DNA from: the human T2T-CHM13v2.0 reference genome, Homo sapiens
Length of the DNA: 64,000 bases
NCBI RefSeq assembly: GCF_009914755.1
Contig: NC_060929.1
Strand: one strand, 5' to 3'
The notes beneath the pieces were generated by a model. It was given only the letters and a program-made list of their open reading frames with translations, had not been told where the DNA came from and did not search any database. The stretch's first letter is position 1; every line of letters begins with the position of its first letter. This document shows positions 1-14,172 of this stretch, one piece after another. The position numbers were made by a program, and so were the translations under genes.

Positions 1-315
1 TATTCCTGGGCCTAGCCATGGTACTGTGAGGAAACCCAGGCAAGGTCCTTGGTCCTCAGACCCGGCTACACTCCCAGATGAAATTCCAGCCAGAATTATA
101 TGCTTGACATGTCAGAGAAGAAACTTTGAAATGACCTTGTCGCAACTAGTGTCTGACTGTTCAGCCACCATCTGACTAAAATACATGAAAGATACTAAAC
201 CTCCTAGCTGAGCCCCTCAATTCCCAGGACTGTGAGAGATTATAACAAATAACTGTTGCTGTGTTAAGCTATTCCATTTTGGGGTGTTTTGCCATACCAC
301 AATCGATAACTGCCA
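1..315 (+). mobile_element. MLT1-family (ERVL-MaLR) LTR, 3' part
   Basis: Typical MLT1 ending: ...tgttgctgtgttaagctattccattttggggtgttttg...caatcgataactg. Confidence 0.6.
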
Positions 316-319
316 TAGG

Positions 320-680
320 CAGGTAGAAACTGGGACTCAAAAAAATTAAGGGACTTTTCCCAAGTTCACACAGCGAGTAAGAAACACAGTCAGGAACAGA
401 GTCACATACCCATCCGAATCAAAAGCCATTCTCTTTCCACTAATGACAGACATGACAGTAATTGCAGCTAGCCTGCATTGAATGTTTTCTATAAGAAGGC
501 ACTGTTCTCTAAGCACTTCATGTGGAGTAACTCACCAAATGTTCATCACAATGCTATAAGGTAGGTATTACTGTGAGCCCCATAATATAGTTGGGAAACC
601 TGAGGCACAAAGAGGTTCATTAATTTTCCCCAGGTTATCCAGCTAGTAAGTCACAGAGTAAGGACTCGCCTTTAAAAGTC
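320..680 (-). mobile_element. MIR fragments
   Basis: MIR core-like motifs gaaactgggactca and gggaaacctgaggcacaaagaggtt. Confidence 0.55.
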
Positions 681-681
681 A

Positions 682-834
<153 letters not shown>

Positions 835-3800
835 CTATGAACAGATGAAATCTTCAAATCAGATTTCATAAATTGAGAGGAGAACCAAGGACAACCCCTA
901 AGGGACTGTACCCTCTACAAAGTGGTCAAAAGAAGACATGGTGATTGAATGACCTGAGAAAGAAGGGAGAGGGGAAAGAGGTGTGTCAGAAAACCAAACA
1001 CTATGACAGCATTCCTGGAGGAACCCATGGCAGGATCCACAAACCAGCTTCAAATTTTAAGGCTGACTGGGTCAACTGCAAGCCAACCATAAGGCTCCCC
1101 TCCCAAAGCCACATTGCTAGTAGCAAACTCCTCCACAGAAAGTAATCTTTGAACCCTAGAATGGAGAGTTATGTCATTGGATTACTCCCTGAGTCATGTG
1201 GACAGAGCAGCACTATTGATCGCCCTTTTCTCCCTCTTACAATGACAACACTCACTCCTACTCTGGAAGGATTAGGCTGTTATTTAACTTCAGACATGAG
1301 AAAAGTAAACTCTTATACTTATAAAAATATATATGGTTCATGACCTTGACCCAAGGAAGCCCATCAAACCCACTGGGACTCTTTACCAACTCAATGTTTT
1401 CTTTTAGACAGAGCTCCCTAGGATGCACTAGTTTTAGGTGATCCCTTTACAGAACTAATCAAAACCAATGCCTTTAACTTTTTTACCTCTGTACGACAAG
1501 CTCTGGATGTAAGGCAGACCATTCACCAGAGGCCCTGAGGCTGTAACACCACACAGGAGAAGCGCAAAGCCCACATTGTCTGTGGGCATAGGTGAAGCAG
1601 GGGCAAGCCTGGCAGAGGTGAAAACAGCACTTCCAAGGGAACCAGTCTCAGCTCCAGCTCCCGCTTGCCCTTTCAGTTGACTGAGTGTAAACCATACACA
1701 GTGGAAACCTACTCAGATAATTTACACAGTAAGAAACAAATACGGAAAGCTCACTTCCAATCTGGGAGCCACCCATGTGCCTCCCTTCAACTTACAAATT
1801 AGATTCTTTCCAGCAGAAAGACCTTTCTCCTTTCTCTCAGAGGTGGTGGTGTCTGGCTCTGCCCAGATGGTAATACTACTTGGCTCTACATGGTGGGATT
1901 TTCTTAGCATTGGCCTGAATCACCTGGGCTGAGCTCTGGAGGTGCCATCTGAAAGGAATCTCTGTCAGTACTTGGCCAAGACAACTTAATGTATATGTTA
2001 CTAAGAGACCAGTGAATGTTACTAGCCTTTTTGGAGAAAGGATTCCTTTTGAAAATGAGACCTAGAATTATGGAAGATGACTTCTGGAAAAAAAAACTCC
2101 ATGTTATGTCCAAAAGAATCCAACCTAAGGGAAACTCAGCCAGATTTACTGGATTTGGTCCCACCCTCATCCTATCCCAGGATTATGCCTACCTCCCCAT
2201 TAGGCCTGTCAGACCTGAGGTCTAAGGAAGAGTTGGGAATTTTATACCAAAAATTTCTGGAAATTTTCCTGATTCTTGACAATGGGGGCTGAAGAACGGA
2301 TGTTACATTCAGAGAAGAGCAATTCTATCAGCAGGCCTAAGCAGAAAGGAAGGAAGCCAGGTGGGATGAAGTGGGAGAGGTGAAGCCTCAGGTAAGAGAG
2401 GGTCAGAAGTAAAACCCATACAAACAGACTGTGAAAAAGAAACCAACCAACAGTAAGCAGTCAGACAGGCTGTCTTTGGAAGTCCCAGAGTCCTTTAAAA
2501 GAAACTCTTCACTTATGGGCCTTGGATTCAGCCTGTAACAACCGGATCCTGTAATGGTCTGAGACTCCTTTCTTTCTTTTAAAAAAATTTTTATTTTCAC
2601 TATTTTTCCCCTAAAATCAAATCAACCAATAACAATGCTAGAAAAGTTGCCCTGGATGCAGCCTTGCTGTTTTCTCTCATCCAGAGACAGGGATTCAGAC
2701 ATGACAGATCATCTGCTTAATCACTACCTGTTCGATCCTGACTGGTAAATAAACCCTCCTCTCTAAAGCCATACAAAGTAACTCCAGAAAAGAGGCATCA
2801 GTGGGGCAGTGCTTAAGAAATCTATTGCTGGTCTAAGCAAGTGCGGCAAGGTGCTGTATTAAGATCATACCTATGGCCAAAGGCACCAGTGGAAGGGACT
2901 CAGACTTAAGGATGCTGAGTGCCAGAGCCTTCTGAAAGGTGGTGTCTAACAGTCCTTGGGAACTTGGAGCTGGAGGAGAAGCCCACACCCTACCCAATAC
3001 TTCAGCCAAGCAGACATGGCAGAAAATGCCTCATTTCAAGGGAATGGTGTAAGAATGAACATGCCAAAGGAGAAACATTAGGAGAAAGGATTGAGCTCCC
3101 ACCACCCCCTTTCAAAACAAAAACCAGTGATCAAAGGACCAGCACTGGCCTCCAGAAGCCCCCAAATTGTCTACTAGGCAAAAAGGTGCTACTCCTAATT
3201 CGTGATCTCAGCTTACTACAAAAAAGGAACCTGGTCATACCTCTTACCTCTGAAGGTATTCAGCCTGAAGCATGAACAGGCCAGATTAAGAGTGTAGCTA
3301 GGCATTCCAGTGAGAGACCAGAATAAGGAATATCCAAAAAGCTCAGGTGGCAAGTGAAACTGGTAAATTTTGCAGAATGCCAACTAACCAAAACACAGAA
3401 AAAGAACACAAGCCAAAATATTGACATACATGAGGAAAAGTACCTAGAAATCATTCTAAAACTCAATAAAAGAGGACAATTACTTGCAAGAAAATAAAGA
3501 AACTATGGACTATTGAGAGAAAAAAAAAATAGAACTGAAACATGACCAAGAAGCAAAATTCCGCCCTCATCAAAATGTCCAAAGGTACTTTCCATGGTTG
3601 TCCCTTAGCCTGGGCTGTCATTTGATGAATCTTGAAATGTGTCTAGGAAAAAAGTGGGCAGTAGAGAAAGCAAATGCTCCCACTGCTCCCTTTTTACTTG
3701 GCAATACCAGCAATCAAATATTAACTTCACCATATTTTAAATTACTGCCCCTAAAGATCTTACCACCAGGTAAACGAGATAAGATACTGGCCCATCAAAA

Positions 3801-4972
3801 GATAATTAGCAATGTGTGGCATTAAATGATAAGTGTTATATACATAATATAGGCCACAAATACTAGGACTTTAAGAATAAGAAAAAATAAACACTACTTC
3901 TTGAGGTCAGGGGATTGATGGCCAGCCAAGGACCTGAGGGGTAATAATAAACAACAAATATTTAAAGGAAGAACCCCCAAATATATTACTTTCTGTGTTT
4001 TCATTTTCTGTAAAACGAAGATAGTGATAGCACTTAATATAATTGTATGGGTATTAAATGAGATCATGCATGTAAAATAATTAGCAGTCTTTGTCCTACA
4101 AACACTTAAAGAGTAAGTTTCATACTTTCATCAGGTTTCACATATCAATTAATTATTTAAAATAAAAATAAAATCACACAAACTCAAAAAATGTCACCTG
4201 TTACATGATCACATCTCTATTCCTCTGACCTTGGGAAGCCACCAGATATATTACAACTCACTACAGAAACAAGAAAAGGATGAATGATTCAGTGTGAACC
4301 CACTCCCAACCCTGGAAACCCCCAAATCAAAGCAGGATGAGTCAAGGACCCTATCTGAAAATAAGGAAGCTTTCAGCCATTTTCCAGGGACTTTCAGCAA
4401 CTTCTCCTGACAACAGTAAAAATGTAAGATAAGACCTACCGAAGTCAAAGAGCAATCCTGGCAGGACTCCAGAACTTGGTTCACCCCACCAGTATGATGG
4501 GAGTTTGAAAGAGACACTGTGAGTATGGGTCTTAGTCCTCCCATTTGTGAAACAGAGAAAAACAGTATCTATCTTCAGTCTTCTCGAAAAATTGACCAGC
4601 ACGTACCCATGAGCACATCAAGATCTGTGGGCTACTTGGGATCTCCACAGAATGAGCATTCATATCCTGGGACTCACAAGGGTGTCTCCACAATGTGACC
4701 ACACACATAACCCATTCTCTTCTCACCACCACCTCCACCAGATCCAGCCCAATAACTCTCAAGTTGAAACAAATGGGAATATCTGGGTGAAAAACATAGT
4801 TGTTCATAAAACTGTTTCCTCTTGCCTCCCCCTGGTCTGCTTCTGGAACTTAATATTTTCATTTACCTAGTCTTCCTGCTCACATTGGTTAATAATTAAC
4901 ATTTTTCAATCAAGTGATATGTTAATTATTTTACATGCATTATTACATTTAATACTCATAGCAATTCTATAA

Positions 4973-5362
<390 letters not shown>

Positions 5363-5529
5363 ACAAAAGATGGTTTCTAAACCCGGGTCCATCCAGAGCT
5401 CAAGCTCTTAGTCATTACACAGTTTTGGGTCGACTTTTTTTTTTTTTCTGAAGGAAGGGCAGCTATGAAAAACTTTTAGCTAAAATCATACTTAATCATG
5501 AAAGTCTGAATGTTTTTCTGCATGAATAG

Positions 5530-5955
5530 AAAAAGAATGTCTGCTCTTACCACTTCTATTCAACATTGCACTTTGGCAGTCCTAGCCAGTGTAATAAGGC
5601 AAGAAAAAGAAACAAATGAGAAACAGATTAGAAAGGAAAATATAAATGTCTTTTTTTCATTGACCACACAATTATGTACATAGAAAATCCCGATTAATAT
5701 ACAAAAAGAAAGTTAATAGAACAAATAAGTGAATGTATTCAGGTCACAACATACAAAGTCAATATATGAAACAAAACAAAACAATGATATTTCTACACAC
5801 TACAATGAGTAACTGAAAAATGAAATTAAATGAATAATACCATTTATAATAACATGAATAGAATACCATAGCAAAAAAAACCACGAAACTTCCAGCTAAA
5901 TTTAACGAAATATGTGCAAGACCCATTCACTGAACTACAAAATGTTACTGAGTTA
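5530..5955 (+). mobile_element. Old L1 (L1M) ORF2 fragment
   Basis: ccacttctattcaacattg...gtcctagccagtgtaataaggcaagaaaaagaa is L1 ORF2 consensus-like. Confidence 0.8.
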
Positions 5956-6029
5956 CTTTTAACCTAAGCCTTCAAATACTACTTACATAATTAAGAATAA
6001 TTAATCAGTCTAGCATTCAAGACTGATTA

Positions 6030-6179
<150 letters not shown>

Positions 6180-8729
6180 TCACCCTAATCTACCTCTCCA
6201 GGCTCCTCATTTTCATTCCCCTTTCATTTTGTTTTTTGTTTTTTATTATTCCATAAACATCCCCCCTCTACTACTGAGAATGCTGCTCTTGCTGCATGAA
6301 ATAATCAATTGATTCATCTCTATCCCCAAACTACTCTCACCTCAACTATCTCTGATTATTGGAAACCCTTCTCAAACTACTTCTCCAAGAAACTTTCTTT
6401 AATCTTCTAACCAGATATTATCTTTCTTTCCTTTTTGACTCTTCTCCTCCTCCCAAAAGCACTATGTTGGCATATTTTACAGTGTTTATCATATTCTAAG
6501 TTAAATTACTGTTATATGATTGTAAGCTCATCAATGATGGTGACTGTATCTGATGCAGCTCCTCTAAAGTAACTTGTTCTTTACACAGAATATATATTTA
6601 AATATTTGTTGAAGCAAACATTGAAAAGATTGAATTAAAAGAAAGTTATTTTTGTAATAAAACTTTTGGGATACCAAATTGCATCACTGTCACAATAGAA
6701 TTCATGATGTCCTGACTTTTGCATGGGCTGGACCAGATGTTTAGCCATTTTGTGACCTTCCTCTCATTCAATTCTGAGGAATGTCAATTCAGCTTGGCTT
6801 CTGTTAGTTGGATCAATATCAAGATCAAGACCAAGTAAAACATCCCAGCATAAAGGACAAAGACAGATCCTCAGTCTTTATATAACAGATCAGGGAAAGA
6901 AGGTGTAAGGGAGCCAGTGTCCTCAGCACAGGGCAGGAAACTGTGAATGATAAACAGAACCACTGTGGATTCTGTTTCTGGGGAGAGAAAAAAAAAAGTA
7001 ATCTGATCATCACATCTTGGAGGTCTGCGTTGCTTGCAGAATACAGAAATTTTCTACAGTACCTGTGCCTCTGCTGCTCTAGAAACATCTGCAAGGGTAA
7101 ATGAAATGTTAACCACCAGTCCTGCCCCACACTCAGGAGGCTAGCAGCACAATCAGGTCCTGAACAGAGGCATAGAGCAGAGCTGACAGGCTCCGGAAGT
7201 GTCAGGCCTCTGTCCCAGAGAAGGTCCCTGGAGAGGCCATTTGGATCTTCCTGCATATACAAAGTGGGAAGGGAATGTTACTGTAGAATGGAGCTCATAT
7301 GCCACACTCTCCCAACTAGCCAGAGAAGGAAGGCTCCTTAATTTAACTTCATTTCATAATTATCAAAAACATTATAGCTGATTAGCAGCAATTAATCACA
7401 CTCCATAAGTGCAAATTTGTCTTTTGACCCCAGACTGGCAAAAGCTTCCTAGCTCTTTGCCTGGGTACAGAATGTCCTTTCATGTCATCCTAATACCTTT
7501 TAATCGTCCTCTATGTGTGCTTCAGTTCTTACAACCTGACATGGAGCTCTAGTTCAGCAAGATTCATCTGCGTGTATTACTGTTTTTAAAGAAGTCTACT
7601 TTAATTAAATATAAAAGTCATTGTTCAAACTTGTCATAATTTAGCACTTCTACCGATTAATTCATCTACTTTCCCTAGTTTCCTAAAGAGTTGCCTGTAT
7701 CATCTCTTGAAATTCATAAACTGGACTTATTTCTATGTACAAATTCGAAAAAGTAAGTGGGAGGAGAGGGTTAATTTGCTAGCAACAAGTAAGACAGAAA
7801 TCCCCACACCATATACACCCATCCATCCAAACACAAAATTTGGGGGAAATTTCTTTTACTTTTAGTGCAAATTATACTAACAGCACTTCAGATCTTGCAA
7901 AGAAAGATCTAAGAACAAGTTGTTGAAAACTGCACTGGGGAAACTTCAATGATACTGATATCACCATTCCTTTCACAAATTTTCAAAATTGCCAAATGCC
8001 ACTAAGCAAACAGCGCTTAGAGGGTTAAGACTTCTGCTGCTTTGATATTTGCATATTTACTTTTTTCCTATGTATCCAAATGGCAATTCCCTGATCCTCT
8101 GAAATTTTAACACTATGTTCCAATCAGTTACTTTAAACGTACTTCAGAACAGTATTCAGGTAGCTAAATTCCCTGGGATTGTACCAGCTGTGCATGAATA
8201 TGGTCAAAATCAAACTCTTCATTGACAACTGCGGTCTCTGTCTTCTGAATGAAAATCAAAGCAATCATGCACTGTGGAGTTTTCTCTTTTTGTCTGTGAA
8301 ATCATGTGATCTCCCACATGGACTCTACTGTGAGATCACCAAGCGTGTGAAACAATAAGAATTGCTGTATGGGTTGAGATGCAGCCCTAAATCTCAGTGA
8401 TAAACCTTTGGATCTCTCCTTTGAGCATCCCAGTTAAGACTTATACAATGTATTGTCAGGGAAAACTTAACGGCAAAGTATCTGAAAAATAAGTTGGTAT
8501 TTTCATTCCTGAGTCCAGAATTATATTTGTGAGGTAAGGTATTGAGGAGAAAAGAGGATCCTTTAATAGATACTTGAGATAGAGGACTCAGAGATCACTG
8601 GAACTAGGTAGATAAGATCTTGGGCCAGGTTAAGAAAATATGTATTACCTGGGAAGAATTTACCACAAAATTGGCTTAATGGCAAAATTAACATTCTCCC
8701 TCTGTTGAAAGAAAATTTAAGACTACTTT

Positions 8730-9072
<343 letters not shown>

Positions 9073-12000
9073 TCAAGAATAAATTATTCCTGAATATTTT
9101 ACCACAGAGCCTTAAAGCGGGGTAGCTGAGAACAGGGATTAAGAAGGAAACTTTTCATCATATATTTTTATGTATTTTCTGAATTTTGAGCCATATAAAT
9201 GTGCTACAGCTCCAAAAATATAAATATAATTTTATAAAGAAAAAACTAATTGATATTAGGAAATAAAATTAAAATGCCCTAGATAAAACAGGATAGTAAA
9301 GGGGAAGCACACTTGCTTTGATTAGGGGCCGAGAGGAAGTTAGTCACCTAGATTGTTAATATACCACCATCCCTAGCTCTCAAACTGTTTGTTAATTCAA
9401 ACCGACGGTTGTTTTATTTTTGTTTAAATTTGGGGGTGGGCAAGTAGTAATCTACCTTCCAAAAGAAAAAAAAATAAGAGGGTCTTTTCCAGCAAGATCT
9501 TTATTCTCCAGTGCTCAAATCCCATTAACACTAATCAGCACAATGATTAAGCACATTGTGGTTAAGTACTCTAGTTGATAATGATTCTTTCGGAAGAAAG
9601 GTTCCCATAGCGACAGGTAAAGGCTATCATCAAACTCAGCTTTTCAGCACAGGACTTGATGTCACAGGTCAGAGAGTTAAGATTGTTTTAGTTTTAATCT
9701 GGAGGCTTTCTTTAACTTCACTTGACTTTATCCATTCAAATGACACTGATGGAGAGTCCTTCTATAAACCAGGCAAAGTACGAAACGCGGCAGGGCAGGA
9801 GAACTAGGAGAAAGAAGACCTCAAAGATAAGCTATTGTTCCTACCCCAAGAATGCAGTCTGCCGAGGAAAGCAGCCACTACAAGAAATAATGACATTAGG
9901 GTGGTAATTCAATCGTTAAATCTACAACCATGCCTTGTCCTCATCACTAGGACTGGTCAGTTTCTAATCTAGTTTCACTTTCCCATCTTCAAGCTGCAGC
10001 ACAGCTGGGTTTCCAGCTGGCTGGGGAAGAAAAGATTCTTTAAATAAACAGCATTTAAAAAATATGTAGTCGCTTTTGCTATACTGAATTTTGTGAACCA
10101 CCTTTCTCTAATATGTGAATCTGGGTGCCACATTAATTTAAAACTATCCTAAAGAATGTAAAAATCCTTAGGAATACACCTTTCCTTGTAGCAACAAAGT
10201 ACACTATACACTGGAAAACTGCTAATCAGGAAATCCCAAAGAAAGAAATGATCTTCATTTTTTATGCTATTTACTGCATCTATTCAATAAGGAAACTGCT
10301 TAAAAACATGAATATAAGAAAACAACAAGATAGGGTGTAATTATACCAAAATATATGCAACCATCTTTTAAAATGCAGGACTATTTGCAGAACATGATGT
10401 TTTTATAACATTGTACAGAATTGCTAATCCCTGCAAGGCCTTTCTAACTCTTTTTCCTCGCCTTTCCACAGAAGGCACAGAAAACACCTCCCTCCATACA
10501 ATGCAATCTTCTAAGAAATGCAAAGATTTTACTCAACTCTATCACCAGATGTACTCTTTCTGGATAAATGATACACATTAGATATGTAAAAATATCACTC
10601 TGGCAGGTCTTGCTCTTCCAGAAAGACCCCTGTCTACCTTTCCCCACCTTAGATCACAGACTTCAAGTCAACATTTCATGGTGGAAACGAGCCATTTATG
10701 AGGACTGATAAGAAGAGGTCCAGTGTGACCTCCTGCATTGATGCTCCTGAGGCCAATTTTTAAACACAATATTATCCCTCCATATTTTGCCCCCCTCCAA
10801 AAAAAAACCCACGGGCTTTCTAGGTGACTTCCCAGAGAACCACACCTCTCAGAACCTACACACACTCAGACCTGAAACTAGCTAAACAAAGCAACAATGC
10901 AACCTCAGTTGCTCAATGTAACGGCCATGACGACAGTTTCCAAGTGCCAGTTTCCCTATTTTGCAATGGGCAAATCTGCTCCAAGGAGAAAATGTTCCCA
11001 ATGACCCTGTGGCCCAGAGGGCTTTCTTTAGAATAGAAAACAGAAAATGAATTTGTTAGTTATTTCCTGCTAAGCACAAGGACAGTGTTGTGGTTAGTTA
11101 GGATGATTTTGTTTCCTTATTTAATATAGCATTACCAGTACATGTTTTCTTTAACCACATAGTAGAAAACAAGAAAATGCAGTTTATGCTCTTCTGTTAT
11201 ATTATCACCAATTCCACAAGTCTCACAAATATGTCCTTTAATTTCTAATCCCCTTATATAAGGCTCCCCAAAATGGTACCTATTTATATACTTCCCTTTG
11301 AATATCAATTCAAAGCAATTTTTTTTTGCATTCTAAAATGTTTACTGCCATACACATTCCTGATCCTTGATAATTTGTGATATGTGAGGGCCCTTCCTTT
11401 ACCAGTGATTGCAGTTCTAAATGTATCTTTTTAAGAACTATACTACACATGCTATTTTGATAATATGAGATGATCATAACCTAGAAACAGACCATATTTC
11501 TGCCCCTCAAATCTTTCATGATTTCTGCATTCAACTGTTAAGCTACTGAATACCCACTAGAACAAACAATGTGTAATTGATAAGGTGTATTGTGTTGGGG
11601 GAAGGAGAAAGTAGGAGGAGGGAGACAAGGGAGCAGAGAAGCCAGTTACTCTATGGGGTTATCTGACAAAGACCATCAAGTCCTCAGCGGCCCAGACTAG
11701 GGATTATGTGGAGATGTACACTGTGCAAATGCAGGAGCAACTCACCAACAACCAAACAGAAGCTGTCCTTGGACAAGATTCAATAAATATTTTTACTATC
11801 TATTTTCCACTGTACAATACTGTTTCACAGCTCCCCAAGGCATCTCAGAGTATTTTAATACTCCCCAAGTATCAAAATACTTAATAGAATAAAAAATTAG
11901 AAATTCTTAGCTGGTCTCTACTTGTCTTTATAAAACATTTCAGAACATAAAACCAATAATAAAAAGCAGTCAACAATATTCCTAAGGATAATGTCAGAGC

Positions 12001-13466
12001 GATAAACTGCTGTTATCCCCCAAAGTTTTCCCCTCCTTATTAAGACATTGCCAAGATTCTTCTCATTAAAGTGATCACAGTTTAACATAGTTAGTGTCTA
12101 GATATACTCCCATCACTAAACTCCTAAAATTTGCCTCCTGAAGGGGGTGGGGGAGGAAAGCTTCCAAAAATCATAGGTATCGATCTAGAAAGATGAAGGC
12201 AGCAAAACTTACTATAAGCTGTTACACATATTTTGCTACTCAAACAAAGCCTGTCTACACTACCCAGAATCAGTTGGTAAAACTGGTAAACATACCAACT
12301 TCTATGAGAGTACAGGACATCTATCATAATTCAGCGATTACACAGTCCAGCAAGTCATACCGCATGCCAACAAATTCAGCTTTAGTTGGGACAAAACGAA
12401 ACCTCAATTTGAATAAGCACGAGACAGGCTTACACCAAATACTCCAGTGTGGGACAATTTGATTTGAAATATCTTACTAAGAAGTAAGTACTGGATTCAG
12501 GGACAAGAAGAAAAAGCTCTTAGACTGACATTTCTTTGACTTTTGACATGGGAGACTTCCATTCCCAGCTGCAGAGATCTACAGATTTCAGTGTTTTGTT
12601 TCTAATCACCTGCATTCCTGTGCAGCATCCAACATCATGAAGATGAGAGATGCAGTCAAATACATCCGGCGAGTAAGACGTTAGAGCTGAACTTAAAGCA
12701 TTCAGCAGAAGTTACTCTCTTTCATCATCATCACAATCAACAGACCTTGTAATTCCCCCAGAAACAGCTAAAAAAAAAAAAAAAAAAAGGTGTCTGCTTG
12801 CTAGTCTTAAGAGAAGGATGTGCTACCTGCTTAGCAAAGACAGGCAATCACGATGAAGAAAAAAACTGGAGCCACATGGAGGACGGAAAACAGTAGCAGA
12901 AAAAGTCCAACTCTGCCTGCGCCAGCGGTGTGGATGAGCAGAGCAACGAGCCCAGGAGAGGAAGGAGGGGGCGGGGGCGACCATTCCCTAGGAGAACTTG
13001 TAAGCGGAGGCCTTCACAGCCTGGGAGTCTGCCCAGCTGCTCCCGCAGACCCTGCCAGCCTGGGCACGGCAGGCCCGCGGCAGCAGGGCAGGCAAGGCCT
13101 CCGAGGGTCACTCCTGACTCACTGAGCCTCAGGCCAGCACCGCCAGGACCTCTCCGTTTTTCCTTCCGCTACTGGGCTATGATGGCAGCTTTCCAGCCCC
13201 ACATGCCATACATCAGCCGCAGATCCCCGCTGGCACAGGCCAGCGCCTCCCTCCGCCCCCCACCCCTGGCACACTTTGAGCCTGATCCTTCTTCTCTCCA
13301 ACCCCAACCCCCTCACCCACCCGTGCCAGGCGCCCTGCCCAGGGGCGGCCCCACCCCCCCAGCGCCCGGACGCTGCCAGGCCCGGGCACCTGCAGCACCT
13401 CCCCGCCCCACCCCCATTCTCCACCACCTCGCCCCTCCCCCCTTTCTCCAGCAAAGGGAGGGGGCG

Positions 13467-13475
13467 ACTCACCGC
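13467..13475 (-). promoter_or_regulatory. NRG2: 5' splice donor of NRG2 exon 1 (GCG|GTGAGT)
   Basis: Plus strand actcac|cgc at 13467-13475; strong match to the donor consensus, located where NRG2 similarity ends. Confidence 0.93.
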
Positions 13476-14172
13476 AGTCAGTGCACAGGATCTTGCCCAC
13501 CTCTTTCTTGAGATTTTTGCCGTTGGTATCGAGGGGGGCAAAGGCCGTCTTAAAGACTAAGGGCTGTTCCGTGGGCTCCAGGAAAAAGATGTAGCGCTGG
13601 TTCCTTTCGAGCGGCACACAGGAGCCCACGCTGATCACCTGCTCGCGCTGCAGCCCCCCGCTCCGGAGCGGCCACTTGTCCAGCACCTTTACCAACGCCA
13701 CCCGACCCGAGGCGGGCGGCTCTCGGGTGCTGTTGGAGCTGGAGCCGCCGGCTGGGACCAGCCCCTGTACCTTGCCCTCCACCACCACGGGTGCCTTGTA
13801 CGCCTGGTCCTGCACTGACTTGAGGCTGGGCGAGTAGCAGGCGAGCGACACACCGAAGAGCAGCATGGAGAAGCCGGGGGCCGGGTCGCGCCTCATGCCG
13901 CCGGCGGCTGCGGCTCGCGAACGGGCGGCGGCTCTCCGGGCTGCGGGGCTGCGGGGCTGCGGCTGTTGCTGCGGCCGCGGCTCTGGGGGCGCAGCGGGAC
14001 GAGAGATGCTGCTGTTGTTGCTGCTGCTCCTGCTGCTGCTGCCGCTCTCGCTGCTGCTGCTGCTGCTGCTGCTGCTCCTCTCGCTGCTGCTGCTGCTGCT
14101 GTCGCTGTAGCTGCTGCACCGACCCTTCTCCAGTGGCGGCGGCGGCAGCGCTGAGCAGCAAACCTGCCGCAT
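13473..14172 (-). CDS. NRG2: Neuregulin-2 coding exon 1 (233 codons + 1 nt; poly-Ser N-terminus, hydrophobic signal-like segment, region preceding the Ig domain)
   Basis: Translation MRQVCCSALPPPPLEKGRCSSYSDSSSS...MRRDPAPGFSMLLFGVSLACYSPSLKSVQDQAYKAPVVVEGKV...KKEVGKILCTDC matches the NRG2 N-terminus as I know it. The exon ends at a canonical donor (minus strand TGCG|GTGAGT). The rest of the 319-aa track ORF is intron read-through. Confidence 0.97.
14007..14117. repeat. Interrupted (CTG/CAG)n trinucleotide tract encoding the NRG2 poly-Ser
   Basis: Several CTG runs; the longest pure run is (CTG)8 at 14051-14074. Confidence 0.95.

Noticed and set aside
3380-3530. A-rich stretch with AATAAA and a short A-run as a processed pseudogene end
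   Set aside because: No recognisable parent gene and no TSD found.
8306-8339. Hairpin gtgatctc...gagatcac as a pre-miRNA
   Set aside because: Stem of only ~8-11 bp; too short and expected by chance.
13213-13472. C-terminal 86 aa of the 319-aa ORF (GESPPPFAGERG...)
   Set aside because: Read-through past the canonical GTGAGT donor into G-rich intron; not NRG2 protein sequence.
12848-13560. Overlapping 87-193 aa ORFs on both strands near the exon 1/intron boundary
   Set aside because: Pro/Arg/Gly-rich products expected from stop-poor CpG-island DNA; no recognisable domain.
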